Source: Opitutales bacterium (lineage in GTDB: Bacteria > Verrucomicrobiota > Verrucomicrobiia > Opitutales > PNEW01). Taken from it: a stretch of DNA of 64,000 nucleotides. Shown in pieces: positions 40,377-50,952 of the stretch. A program made the position numbers and the translations under genes. The notes below the pieces were generated by a model. The model worked only from the letters and a program-made list of their open reading frames with translations, searched no databases and was not told the DNA's origin. The stretch's first letter is position 1. Each line of letters begins with the position of its first letter. The stretch spans positions 1,600,001-1,664,000 of the forward strand of contig CBDANS010000007.1 in the NCBI GenBank assembly GCA_965197745.1, written 5' to 3'.

Positions 40377-41336
40377 TTAAAGACCGCGCATGAATTGAAA
40401 GACATGATCGGAATTACCGGGAAAATTTTCATGTCTGAAGTCGGGATATAGAGTCATTTCTTTTGGAGATTTTATCTTATTGTAAACGGCAAACTGGGTC
40501 GACGGAGGGCAGATTTCATCCATGAGACCAGTTCCCATATGTACTTTGCCTTCTATGCGTGGAGCTAAGTGTTGAACGTCAATGTAACCGAGTCGAGTGA
40601 AGATTTCATCTTCACGCTTATGCATCGGATCAAAGAGGCGAAAATAAAGTCTTAATTCTTCGTAAGCTAAATTGGCTAAATCCATTTCCCAGACTCTTTT
40701 ATAGTCAGATAAAAAAGGAGCATCTGGAGCAGCCAATTTTATCCTTGGCTCCAGGGCCGCGCAAGCAAGGGTAAGTCCGCCCCCTTGTGACCCTCCCATG
40801 GCACCGACACGATTCTCATCTACATCATCCATGTCCATGATAATGCCGGCAAGTTGTGCCGTATCTAAAAAAATGTTTCTGAATAACAAGGCGTCAGGGT
40901 GATCATCAATGCCGCGAATGAAATGGCCACGATGGGTAGTCCCTTTTACTTTGCCACTGTCTTCCGAGCGTCCTCCCGGGCCGCGGCAATCCATAGCCGC
41001 GACGGTATAACCCAGGGCGACATAGCCGAGTTTATTATACCAATCACCGGCGTTACCTGAATAACCATGGAAGGTGACAAGAGCTGGGTGTTTGTCCTTT
41101 GCATGTGCGGGTCTAAGCAGTTGAACATGGATTCTAGCCCCACCAGTACCGTTAAAATAGAGATGGAAGCATTCAGCATAAGGAACTTCGAACGGGCTTT
41201 TTATAAGCTCAAAATCTCCTCTTAAAGCCTTCATTTCGGAAAGAGCTCGATCCCAATATTTATCAAAGTCATCCGGGCGGGGATTAGTTCCATGGTATTT
41301 TTTCAATTCATCCAGCGGCATATCAATAAGCGGCAT
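40377..41336 (-). CDS. Acetyl xylan esterase / cephalosporin-C deacetylase (CE7)
   Basis: PDDFDKYW, FHGYSG, GGSQGGGL, CPPSTQFAVYN. Confidence 0.9.
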   Translation of the reverse strand: MPLIDMPLDELKKYHGTNPRPDDFDKYWDRALSEMKALRGDFELIKSPFEVPYAECFHLYFNGTGGARIHVQLLRPAHAKDKHPALVTFHGYSGNAGDWYNKLGYVALGYTVAAMDCRGPGGRSEDSGKVKGTTHRGHFIRGIDDHPDALLFRNIFLDTAQLAGIIMDMDDVDENRVGAMGGSQGGGLTLACAALEPRIKLAAPDAPFLSDYKRVWEMDLANLAYEELRLYFRLFDPMHKREDEIFTRLGYIDVQHLAPRIEGKVHMGTGLMDEICPPSTQFAVYNKIKSPKEMTLYPDFRHENFPGNSDHVFQFMRGL

Positions 41337-41390
41337 CTTTACTTCTCCTTTACTGCTTTCAGGAAAAAAAAGAGGTGGCCTTAACCATTC

Positions 41391-42368
41391 CTAACCCTGA
41401 TAGAGAGGCTCAAGGCCTTCGGCAAAGCGGTCAATATTTTCCTTCAAAGCACCGATACGTCTTCGACAGGTAGCTACCGTGACTCCCGCAATATGTGGCG
41501 TGGTAATTACGTTGGGGAGTTGAAAAAGCGGGGATTCCGGGTCAGGGGGTTCAGGATCAAATACATCCAAACCCGCACCGGCAATGCGCTTATTTTTTAA
41601 TGCTTCAATTAAGGCCGGCTCATCGACAAGCCCGCCGCGGGCCACGTTGATGAGGATTGCGCTTTTCTTCATAAGCTCGATCCTCCGGCTGTCGATCAGT
41701 TTTTCGGTCTCTGGAAGGAGCGGGACATGGAGTGATATAATGTCAGCTTGGGCAACAAGCTCATCGGTTTTTTCAGTTGTTCCAAAAGAATCAACTCCAT
41801 ATTCATCGAGTAATGTTTGCTCCATGGGTAAGAGGTCAACAGCCATGATTCGCATGGCACAAGCTTTGGCGCGGCGAGCGAGTTCACGACCACTGGCGCC
41901 GAATCCTATTAAGCCGAGGGTCATCCCTCCTAAATCATCCCCAATCGGATCCCACATTTTCTGATTCCGCAATGCTATTTGGGTTTCCTCGAATCGGCGA
42001 GTGATCAATAAAATCATCATGAGGGCGCATTCGGCTAGAGAGGCTCCACTAAAAATGCCGGGGGTGTGCGCCACTTTAAACCCGCGCCGGTGCATGTCGT
42101 CGAGATCGATAGCGTCAAGACCGATAGAGGGGACAAGCCAAAGGCCGGCATTGCGGGCAGCGCTGTCTATAATTTCATCAGTGAGATTTTTGCCCAGGTT
42201 AATGACCACTTCCTGCCCGGTAAATTGTTCTGGGACAGGTTTATTATAATCGAATATGGTTAATTCATGAGTCACACCAATAGTTGCCTCAATTTCTTTA
42301 TGCAGATTGATATCCCAATCTATGAATGGAGTATTTTTTTGTATTAAGATAACTTTTACACGTTTCAT
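41391..42368 (-). CDS. D-isomer specific 2-hydroxyacid dehydrogenase
   Basis: GLIGFGASG, INVARG, AGLDVF, TPHIAG. Confidence 0.9.
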   Translation of the reverse strand: MKRVKVILIQKNTPFIDWDINLHKEIEATIGVTHELTIFDYNKPVPEQFTGQEVVINLGKNLTDEIIDSAARNAGLWLVPSIGLDAIDLDDMHRRGFKVAHTPGIFSGASLAECALMMILLITRRFEETQIALRNQKMWDPIGDDLGGMTLGLIGFGASGRELARRAKACAMRIMAVDLLPMEQTLLDEYGVDSFGTTEKTDELVAQADIISLHVPLLPETEKLIDSRRIELMKKSAILINVARGGLVDEPALIEALKNKRIAGAGLDVFDPEPPDPESPLFQLPNVITTPHIAGVTVATCRRRIGALKENIDRFAEGLEPLYQG

Positions 42369-42479
42369 TTTATAATTTTTTATTTATATGTGATTATTAA
42401 AAATGAGGATCGCAAGAATATTTCCAGAGAGCCAGGATTTGGATTGATAATTATCCTGATTTTCAATTAAGGAAACATA

Positions 42480-43433
42480 GTGATGCCATACAAAGTTACA
42501 TGGGGCGTGGAATTTATTACAAGTGAAGCCAGAGATCATTTTAGTAAAATTGATTGTGAGATAATAAAGAGCAACCTGAATAACCTGGGAGAGGAAGCGT
42601 TGGGCGAAATATTACACGACGCAGATGCGGTCATCGCCGGGGGTGAATACTATACGGAAAAGGTATTTAAAGCGGCAGAAAAATTAAAGATTGTGGCACG
42701 GGTTGGAGCCGGTTACGATCATGTTGACCTGGAATCAGCAACAAGGAATGGGGTGTGGGTAACAACTACTCCGGGGGCGAATAGTAATGCCGTTGCCGAC
42801 TTTACTCTCGGGCTCATTCTTATGATTACAAGAAATATCCATGGAATGGCTGGGGATATGAAGGATGGAAACTGGAATCAGTTCAGAGGATTGGAGTTGG
42901 CAGAATCGACGTTGGGAATTATTGGAGCCGGTTTAATAGGCAAGGAAGTCATAAAAAGAGCGAGGGCTTTTGGCACTCACGTTCTCGCACACGATATAAA
43001 TACGGATAAAGCGTTTGCGGTAAAGTGGTCGATTAAATATGTGGATCTGGATGAATTAGTCACGAAATCGGATATCATCAGCATCCATACAGCGTATAAT
43101 GAAGGGACGCGACACCTGATTGATGAAAAGAGATTACAATTCATGAAGCCTGGTGCTTACTTGATAAACACAAGCAGACCCGGAGTAGTGGATAAAGATG
43201 CCCTGATTGAAGTTCTTAAATCAAAGAAAATCGCAGGTGCGGCCATCGATGTTCATGACTCATACCCTTGCCTTCCAGATGATCCATTGGTCCAACTTGA
43301 GAATGTCATTGCCACTCCCTGGTCAGCGTATAATACGAATGGATCGATTGAAAATATGTGCCTTGAAGCAACAAAAGACGCGGTATCCGTTTTACAAGGT
43401 AACAAACCAAGGTACCCTGTTAATAAGCTCTAA
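42480..43433 (+). CDS. D-isomer specific 2-hydroxyacid dehydrogenase (phosphoglycerate dehydrogenase-like)
   Basis: RVGAGYDHVD, GIIGAGLIG, INTSR, AAIDV; usual catalytic His reads W (TPWSA). Confidence 0.85.
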   Translation: MMPYKVTWGVEFITSEARDHFSKIDCEIIKSNLNNLGEEALGEILHDADAVIAGGEYYTEKVFKAAEKLKIVARVGAGYDHVDLESATRNGVWVTTTPGANSNAVADFTLGLILMITRNIHGMAGDMKDGNWNQFRGLELAESTLGIIGAGLIGKEVIKRARAFGTHVLAHDINTDKAFAVKWSIKYVDLDELVTKSDIISIHTAYNEGTRHLIDEKRLQFMKPGAYLINTSRPGVVDKDALIEVLKSKKIAGAAIDVHDSYPCLPDDPLVQLENVIATPWSAYNTNGSIENMCLEATKDAVSVLQGNKPRYPVNKL

Positions 43434-43526
43434 GGAAAAACAATTTACGGCATGCACTCAATGGATGCCTTTATAAGAATAAAGGCCAGAATAAAGAATT
43501 CAAAAAAATATAAAAGAGAAAAGCTT

Positions 43527-44060
43527 TTAAGTCTTACTGGATCTGCTCCGTGAAGCTACCCAGTTTATTATAGCTTTTCTGTTATTATTGTATTTCCAAA
43601 CGATTCTCAGGAATTCCGCTGGATGAACATCGTTGGCTTTAAAAAACCGTCGATCCCCTCCACAGTCATACATGGTATCGGGATCGAGTTCACCGCGTAA
43701 TTTAGATTTTGCCTTTTCGATGATACGCGGGAGCCAGACAATTCCTCTGATTTTCTTTTCTTTGGGGGGAAGCTTCTCGGGGACAAGTTGGCGGCTTGAG
43801 GGTTTTCCTTTTTGCACTTCCAGATAATAGGAGCGACGGACGTCATGAATCATGGCCATGGTCGTAAAATTGGGCGCTCCGTCAGAGCAATAATCCTCGG
43901 CAAAATCATATATCTCCTGTGGGGTGGCACCAATTGAATCGAGAAAAGCGGCTTCTTTTTTGCTAAAGTAAGTACTAGCGTTACGTTTTTTCTTTTTGTA
44001 GAGCTTTACCGATTTTTCCCAGATTTTATATAGTTTCTCCTGATAGTCGTAATTGTTCAT
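43527..44060 (-). CDS. DUF5069-like protein
   Basis: GIVWLPRIIEKAKSKLRGEL..YDCGGDRRF motif. Confidence 0.65.
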   Translation of the reverse strand: MNNYDYQEKLYKIWEKSVKLYKKKKRNASTYFSKKEAAFLDSIGATPQEIYDFAEDYCSDGAPNFTTMAMIHDVRRSYYLEVQKGKPSSRQLVPEKLPPKEKKIRGIVWLPRIIEKAKSKLRGELDPDTMYDCGGDRRFFKANDVHPAEFLRIVWKYNNNRKAIINWVASRSRSSKT

Positions 44061-44220
44061 GATTAGCCTTTCTCATTGTCCATTATTCTAATTTAGAGCA
44101 AAATAATTAATTTCAAAGTTTCAAGTCAGAAACATGAATAGAAGAAGTGAACCATGAATTCGAGGCAGAATATGCGTCAAACACCTTCGCTCTAAATGTG
44201 TAGGATAAAGTCGAAATGAT

Positions 44221-46494
44221 TCAAGCGATACGGAAATCAATCTGCCTTTTAAAGCGGTCAATACGGTCCACTACTACTTTAACTTTCTGGCCAAGTGTAT
44301 ATTTTTTCTTTTTCCGCCTGCCGATGAGGACGGTACTGTCCGAGTTCAGAGTATAGAGGTCGTCACGAAGGGTGGATATATGGACAAGACCGAATGCCAT
44401 TGACGGGGTAAGTTCAATAAAAAACCCATGATTTTTAAGATCGACGATATACGCATCAAAAATAGTTTTTTTCTTTTTACTTAATTCCCGCTCGAAAAAT
44501 TCCATGAGTTTAACTTTGACGGAGGCGCGCTCGGCTTCGGTGCTGTTCTGTTCAGTAAGTGAAATATGCTGCGCTATTCCGATTAATCTACCCTTGGAAT
44601 AATTAGCATTTCTGTTTTTCGGACTCTCAGAATTAATATCGGGAGCGATGTGAGAATCGAGAATCCGATGCACGACTAAGTCTGAATAGCGACGGATAGG
44701 CGATGTGAAATGAGTATAATCAACCAAGTTCAAACCAAAATGGCCGTGCGGTTCAGCACGATAGCAAGCCTGTTTGAGACTTCTCAGAAATTGAATACGC
44801 AATGTGTGTCCTTGTGGGTGATCTTTAAGTTTTGGTAGTAGGGATACAATTTCTTTTCTTTGATTCAAATTTCCTGTTTCCAGACCATAAGTAGCAAGCA
44901 ATTCCCGAAATTCCTCCAATTTAACCGGATCGGGTTTATCATGGACACGATAAAGCAGAGGGACACCCGCGCGCCTTAAAGATTTTGCCACTTCACCATT
45001 GGCAGCGAGCATAAATTCTTCAATGAGTTGATGGCTTTCATCGTAGGCAATACTTTCAAGGCGATCAGCATAGCCCTTTTTATCTACAAATATTTTTATT
45101 TCCGGCATGTCAAAATCAAGACTCCCTTTGGCAAAACGCCTGGCACGCAAGGCCGCACCAATCTTCCATAGTTCTCTTATAGGGATCTGCAGATCCTTTA
45201 ATTCGCTATCGGCAAGTTTAGCGAAGGAACGACCGGTTGAACCGGTGAGGTGGGTTGGGGGCAGTGGTATTTTTCGAATAGTATTAAAATTATTTTCTTT
45301 GAGAAGACCTAATGCCTGGTGGTAAGTCATCCTTTTGCGACTGCAGATAAGAGTATTGGCAAAGGATGTTTTTCGCAATTGGCTTTTATTTGAAAATGTG
45401 AAAAAAACAGTTTTTGTCAGACGATCTTCACCTTCGACCAAGCTGCAAACGCCGTTTGATAATGCGGCGGGAAGCATGGGCACAACCTGACCCACGAGAT
45501 AGGTGGAATTGCCGCGTCTTTGTGCTTCTTTATCTAAAGCGCTGGAAGGCCTTACATAAGCGCTGACATCAGCAATGTGTACGCCTATACGCCTGTTTCC
45601 ATTCGACAACAGTTCAATAGATAAAGCATCATCAAAGTCTTTTGCGTCATCGGGATCAATGGTGAAGGTCAAAAGCTTGCGGAGATCGATCCTCCCTCTC
45701 CTTTGCGCGGGGGTGACTTTCTTAGGTATTTTATCAATTTCCCGCATAACTTCGTCTCTAAAATGTGGGTTGAGATCATAAAGACGGAGAATTGCTTTTT
45801 GTTCGGCCCAAGGTTCATGGGTTCTCCCGAGGATTTCGGTAATTTTACCTTCAGGGTTCAGGTGGCGCTGTTGCCATTCAGTTAATCGCACAACAACTTT
45901 ATCGTTAATCTTAGGAACTGGTTTAATCCCAGAACGCTTAGGGTCGTGAACGAGAATATCTTGAATAATACGGGGGTCATCCGGGATTATAAAATAGTAG
46001 AGATGGCTGCGTTTTAATGTCCCTGTGATCGTCTCACGCCCTCGTTCAAGGATGCGAATTACACGACAATTTTCGGTTGCCGCTTCCGGTAATAGATGTG
46101 CTTTTCTCTTTCGGTGATTCCGATTATTTCGGGTACTTAAATTTGTCTTGCGGGCAAGAACATGGTCTCCGTGCATGGCAACCCAAGTGTCTTCCGCTTT
46201 AATATTGATAGGGGATCTTTGTTCTTTCTCGGATTGGGAATCGGGGATGAGAAGCGCAGTGCCACTTTGTCTGAATTTGATAATACCGGATATCAGATCA
46301 GCATCAGCAGGCAGGCAGAGACGATCTTTTTTAAGTTTAACAATAATGCCATTTCGCAATAACGCTTTAATTTCTTCATAGAATTTAGTGCGTCGGCCGC
46401 CCTTGAGATTCAATTGATTAGCGATCTCGCTGGCTGTCTGGGGGACATAACCCCTCCGTTTCATCAAATTGGTAATTTTATTTATGTAAGTCAT
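44221..46494 (-). CDS. rnr: Ribonuclease R
   Basis: TIDPDDAKDFDDA, HFTSPIRRYSD, C-terminal S1 domain. Confidence 0.95.
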   Translation of the reverse strand: MTYINKITNLMKRRGYVPQTASEIANQLNLKGGRRTKFYEEIKALLRNGIIVKLKKDRLCLPADADLISGIIKFRQSGTALLIPDSQSEKEQRSPINIKAEDTWVAMHGDHVLARKTNLSTRNNRNHRKRKAHLLPEAATENCRVIRILERGRETITGTLKRSHLYYFIIPDDPRIIQDILVHDPKRSGIKPVPKINDKVVVRLTEWQQRHLNPEGKITEILGRTHEPWAEQKAILRLYDLNPHFRDEVMREIDKIPKKVTPAQRRGRIDLRKLLTFTIDPDDAKDFDDALSIELLSNGNRRIGVHIADVSAYVRPSSALDKEAQRRGNSTYLVGQVVPMLPAALSNGVCSLVEGEDRLTKTVFFTFSNKSQLRKTSFANTLICSRKRMTYHQALGLLKENNFNTIRKIPLPPTHLTGSTGRSFAKLADSELKDLQIPIRELWKIGAALRARRFAKGSLDFDMPEIKIFVDKKGYADRLESIAYDESHQLIEEFMLAANGEVAKSLRRAGVPLLYRVHDKPDPVKLEEFRELLATYGLETGNLNQRKEIVSLLPKLKDHPQGHTLRIQFLRSLKQACYRAEPHGHFGLNLVDYTHFTSPIRRYSDLVVHRILDSHIAPDINSESPKNRNANYSKGRLIGIAQHISLTEQNSTEAERASVKVKLMEFFERELSKKKKTIFDAYIVDLKNHGFFIELTPSMAFGLVHISTLRDDLYTLNSDSTVLIGRRKKKKYTLGQKVKVVVDRIDRFKRQIDFRIA

Positions 46495-46697
46495 ATAAAT
46501 GCTCCAGTGGTCGAAGCCGTAGAAGGTGATTTATGCCTTTGGGTAAACAGGTGCAAACACGAATACTTATCACTAAAATTTTCGCACATCTTGCCAGGAT
46601 AAGGAAGGGGTTGTAGAGGTTTTACCCAGAATGCACAGATTTTATACTAATAGGGGTAGTCCTGAGCGCAATTGTATATTTTATCTAAAAATACTGA

Positions 46698-47426
46698 CTA
46701 TTGGCCTGGATCCTGGCCGGCGTGGGTAATCTCAAGAATATCGGCACTGGGGTTAAGTGATTCTTTTATATTTCTGGTCGCTGATTTATCTAAATAACGG
46801 ACAAGAAGGCCTTTCTCGTTTGGATCATCACCCACTAAATTGTGATACCATTCCACATGTCCATCGAGATAAGCAATATGCCCTCCTTTCCCCTCCCAAG
46901 GTGAATCATGATTCCAATAACCTTCGCTATTAAGCCCCCGGGTCCAGGCGATCGGTGTCGTTGACACCGGTGAACGCGGGCTAATTCCGGCAGCGAATGA
47001 CCAACTTACGGGGGTCCCAATAAGGTGATTTTCAATAAGCCTGCCTTCTGCGTCGCAAGTGCCTACCGTTTTCGGTAAATTGCTGAATTGTGCAACTGCC
47101 GGATCTGATCCGATATAATAAAGAGCAGCATCATTGAGACCGACTTTTTCAGCGAGGACGGCAGCCCATTCATAGGGTTCCTGCACCTTATCAGGATCTA
47201 TTGTCCGGGGCGTTGATTGATTATTGGCAAAGGCGGCATAGGCCAGGGCAATTTGACGGAGATTGTTAGCGGCTTGTGATTGATTTGCCCTATCGAGAAC
47301 TGAACCAACGGTAGGAATAAGTAATGCAGCCAATATGCCAATTATGGCGATAACCGTAAGTAATTCTATGAGGGTAAAAGCCGACGTGAATAAGGATAAG
47401 TCCTTTTTCACGAAACGCTCAGGCAT
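46698..47426 (-). CDS. Prepilin-type N-terminal methylation / H-X9-DG-type protein
   Basis: AFTLIELLTVIAIIGILAALLIP; GGHIAYLDGHVEW. Confidence 0.85.
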   Translation of the reverse strand: MPERFVKKDLSLFTSAFTLIELLTVIAIIGILAALLIPTVGSVLDRANQSQAANNLRQIALAYAAFANNQSTPRTIDPDKVQEPYEWAAVLAEKVGLNDAALYYIGSDPAVAQFSNLPKTVGTCDAEGRLIENHLIGTPVSWSFAAGISPRSPVSTTPIAWTRGLNSEGYWNHDSPWEGKGGHIAYLDGHVEWYHNLVGDDPNEKGLLVRYLDKSATRNIKESLNPSADILEITHAGQDPGQ

Positions 47427-47455
47427 AAATCAATAACGACATGTTGCCCTGAAAA

Positions 47456-48724
47456 CTAATAGGGTAAGGGAAATTTTTGACAAAGTTCAATAGCTGCACT
47501 CCGGGCTTCAGCAATAACACTATCATTATCGGGGCTGGCGAGCACGCTATCGATAGCTCCGGCAATTGTCCTCATTTCTAATTCTCGCATACCGCGGCTG
47601 GTGACCGCAGGTGTCCCCAGGCGAATCCCGCTGGCCTGGAAAGGGCTGCGAGTTTCACCAGGAACGGTGTTTTTGTTAGTTGTGATATGTGCCTTATCGA
47701 GAGCTTTCTCTGCCTGTTTACCCGTCATTTCAGGATATTTTGGACGCAAGTCCATCAAAGCCAGATGATTATCCGTCCCGCCACTTAAAAGAAAATGGCC
47801 TTTCTCAGTAATAGCTTCAGCAAGCGCTTTGGCGTTGGCGATAACTTGTGCCTGGTATTCTTTGAAATCGGGTTTCAAGGCTTCGCCAAGGCATACTGCT
47901 TTAGCCGCTATCACATGCATGAGCGGTCCACCCTGAGTTCCAGGAAAGATTGCAGAATTTATAGCTTTAGCGTATTTTTCTTTACAGAGGATAAGTCCTC
48001 CTCGAGGTCCACGCAGTGTTTTATGAGTTGTTGTCGTTACGAAATCTGCGTGGGGTAGCGGTGAAGGATGTAATCCCGTTGCCACTAACCCGGCGATATG
48101 AGCAATGTCCGCGAAGAGGTAGGCTCCACAATCGCGAGCAATTTGTCCCATTCGCTCGAATTCTATAATCCGCGGGTAAGCAGAAGCACCGACGGTGATC
48201 ATTTTTGGTTTTTCGCGAATGGCAATTTCAGCTAGCTGATCGTAATCGATGCGCCCGTCTTTCTCACTGACACCATAGTTAACAGTCTCATAAAGCTTTC
48301 CGCTGAAATTAGCGGGGTGGCCATGCGTGAGATGTCCCCCATCTGCCAAATTCATGGTCAGAATTTTGTCCCCGGGTTTCAAGACCGAGAAATAAACACC
48401 CATATTAGCCTGGCTTCCGGAGTGTGGCTGAACGTTGGCAAATTCTGCTCCAAAAAGTTGAAGGGCACGATCAATAGCTAATTGTTCGACAATATCCACA
48501 TGTTGACACCCGCCATAATAGCGTTTTCCAGGATAACCTTCGGCATACTTATTGGTCATCACACAACCCACGGCTTCCATTACGGCGGGAAGGGTAAAAT
48601 TTTCCGAGGCAATGAGTTCTAAATGATTCTGTTGCCGTTCTGTTTCCTGCGCGATGGCTCGAGATACTTCCGGATCAAGCAATTTCAAGGATTCGCTTTT
48701 TAAAGTAGGGGTATCGGTAATCAT
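47456..48724 (-). CDS. glyA: Serine hydroxymethyltransferase
   Basis: [29 protein letters not shown]. Confidence 0.98.
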   Translation of the reverse strand: MITDTPTLKSESLKLLDPEVSRAIAQETERQQNHLELIASENFTLPAVMEAVGCVMTNKYAEGYPGKRYYGGCQHVDIVEQLAIDRALQLFGAEFANVQPHSGSQANMGVYFSVLKPGDKILTMNLADGGHLTHGHPANFSGKLYETVNYGVSEKDGRIDYDQLAEIAIREKPKMITVGASAYPRIIEFERMGQIARDCGAYLFADIAHIAGLVATGLHPSPLPHADFVTTTTHKTLRGPRGGLILCKEKYAKAINSAIFPGTQGGPLMHVIAAKAVCLGEALKPDFKEYQAQVIANAKALAEAITEKGHFLLSGGTDNHLALMDLRPKYPEMTGKQAEKALDKAHITTNKNTVPGETRSPFQASGIRLGTPAVTSRGMRELEMRTIAGAIDSVLASPDNDSVIAEARSAAIELCQKFPLPY

Positions 48725-48864
48725 AAGACGGTTATTTTATTTTTAAGGAGTTATTTTTTTGGAAGTTTGAATAACAATTCTTTTATTTGCTCCTGATTGT
48801 CAATTTTGCATTGGAAAGAATAATGAAAAATGAAGTTCAGGTATGATCTCGAATATTAATCCTG

Positions 48865-49359
48865 TTATAGTTTATAATACTCTTTAAGGTACTTGATAAT
48901 AAAAGGAATAGCTTCGACGATACTGTCACGACAATTCTCATAAACGGCCAGGTTTGTCCCGAAGGGGTCGGGGATTTGCTGTTCAGCAGGATCTGGGATT
49001 TGTTCTCGAAAGAGACGTATAGGGGTTTTCAATGAAGGGAAATAATTCTGGAGTATGAGGCGATGCGATTCAGTCATACAGAAAATAACTAACGATTTTT
49101 CTATTAACTCTTTCGTAATTTGCTGACTGCGGTGATCAGAAAGATCAAGCCCCACTTTTTTCAGCGCTTTAACCGCGTTTAGAGAAGCTTTCTCTCCCCG
49201 CGCTGCTGATACTCCAGCAGAATTAACTTGCACAGAACGCCAGGGCTTATTTTCTGCCGATAAAGCGTGCTGGAGTAATTTTGCCGCCATGGGACTGCGA
49301 CAGATATTGCCCGTGCAGACACAAGTGATGATTGGGGCATTCTCAGCCATGGCAAACAT
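48865..49359 (-). CDS. Low-molecular-weight protein tyrosine/arginine phosphatase
   Basis: VCTGNICRS P-loop, IPDPFG. Confidence 0.9.
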   Translation of the reverse strand: MFAMAENAPIITCVCTGNICRSPMAAKLLQHALSAENKPWRSVQVNSAGVSAARGEKASLNAVKALKKVGLDLSDHRSQQITKELIEKSLVIFCMTESHRLILQNYFPSLKTPIRLFREQIPDPAEQQIPDPFGTNLAVYENCRDSIVEAIPFIIKYLKEYYKL

Positions 49360-49503
49360 AGGATTGTGACATCGCGCTAATTACATGTAAAGCTACAATG
49401 AATGCCGGGTTAGGTAACTGATTTTCGCTCAAAAAGATTAAGGTTTTCGGTTATAGAAAAAAAATTAAATCAGCTATTGTGAATGCGCTTTGTCCAAGCA
49501 ATT

Positions 49504-50778
49504 TTAATTTGACCGCTGTAATTCCCTCGCACCGATATCGCGGCGAAAATAGATAGAAGGATAGCGCACTTGATCACAGTAGGCGTATGCATCTCGCGCC
49601 GCGGTCACTAAATCCTTACCCAGGGCGGTAATGCCCAACACGCGACCACCATTAGATTGGATTTTGCCATCACTCCCTAATTTTGTCCCGGCATGAATGA
49701 CATGAATATTATCAGGAGTATTTATTGGGAAATCTATAAATTCTCCTTTAGGGTAGTTTTCCGGATAGCCCTGGCTTGCCAGCACAACGGTTAATGCGCT
49801 TTGATTTTTAAATTTAACTTCAGCGGGCTCCAATGAATCGGTCGCGCAAGCGTACATCATTTTCACCGGATCTGTATCGAGCAAGGGGAGTAAGACCTGT
49901 GTTTCGGGATCGCCAAAACGCACATTATATTCTATTACTTTAGGTCCATTGTTGGTGATCATAATATTGATATAAAGAACGCCATGATAGTCGATGGCTT
50001 CATTTATCATGCCCGATAGGGTAGGTTCTATTATTTCCTTATCTATCTGTCGTTGAAGCTTGTCAGAAACAACAGGGGCAGGCGCATAAGCTCCCATACC
50101 TCCGGTATTGAGGCCGGTGTCATTTTCACCGATACGCTTGTGGTCCTGGCTGGGAGGAAGGGCAACATACCGGGACCCCGAGACGATAAGATGGATTGAC
50201 GCTTCTTCTCCTTCCAGAAATTCCTCGATGACAATTTCATTTCCGCTGTCTCCAAATAAGTGACCCGAGAGCATATTCTGCACGGTGCTAGCGGCTTCCT
50301 CGTAATTTTGTGCAATAATTACTCCTTTTCCCGCGGCCAAACCGCTCGCTTTAATGACGATTGGAAATGAACGCTTCCGAAGGTATTCAAGCGCTGAATT
50401 GACTTGGGTAAAGGTTGCAGAATCCGCGGTTGGAATACGGTACTTTGAAAGGAATTGTTTAGTAAATGACTTGCTTCCTTCGAGGTGTGCCGCTTTCTGG
50501 TTGGGGCCGAATACGGGGGTGTTTAATTTACTCAGTTCATCGACAACACCCGAACATAAAGGACCCTCGGGACCGACAATAGTGAAGTCGATTTTTTCTC
50601 TTTTCACTAAATCTACAATGTTTTGAACGTCATTGACATCGATTGAATGGCAAGGTGCCTCTAAGGCCATGCCACCATTGCCCGGCGCTGCGATAACCCT
50701 ATTCACGAGAGGGCTTGCGAGGCATGCTTTGACAATTGTGTGCTCCCTCCCTCCTGATCCTATTACCAGAACTTTCAT
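49504..50778 (-). CDS. purD: Phosphoribosylamine-glycine ligase
   Basis: GSGGREH, GLAAGKGV, QDHKR, NTGGMG, RFGDPE. Confidence 0.97.
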   Translation of the reverse strand: MKVLVIGSGGREHTIVKACLASPLVNRVIAAPGNGGMALEAPCHSIDVNDVQNIVDLVKREKIDFTIVGPEGPLCSGVVDELSKLNTPVFGPNQKAAHLEGSKSFTKQFLSKYRIPTADSATFTQVNSALEYLRKRSFPIVIKASGLAAGKGVIIAQNYEEAASTVQNMLSGHLFGDSGNEIVIEEFLEGEEASIHLIVSGSRYVALPPSQDHKRIGENDTGLNTGGMGAYAPAPVVSDKLQRQIDKEIIEPTLSGMINEAIDYHGVLYINIMITNNGPKVIEYNVRFGDPETQVLLPLLDTDPVKMMYACATDSLEPAEVKFKNQSALTVVLASQGYPENYPKGEFIDFPINTPDNIHVIHAGTKLGSDGKIQSNGGRVLGITALGKDLVTAARDAYAYCDQVRYPSIYFRRDIGARELQRSN

Positions 50779-50952
50779 AGATTATAAAACGGTTCTCTAT
50801 ACGGAATCATAGGTTGGCATTTTTTTGAACAGGGTAAAGATTTGAATTACTCTCATTCTTGGGATAATAGCAATTAAAGATATATTAAAATGTGATATTA
50901 AAGGGCATTATTGGTTTGTCTTAGTCACCTTATGAACTGATATCTAAGACTC

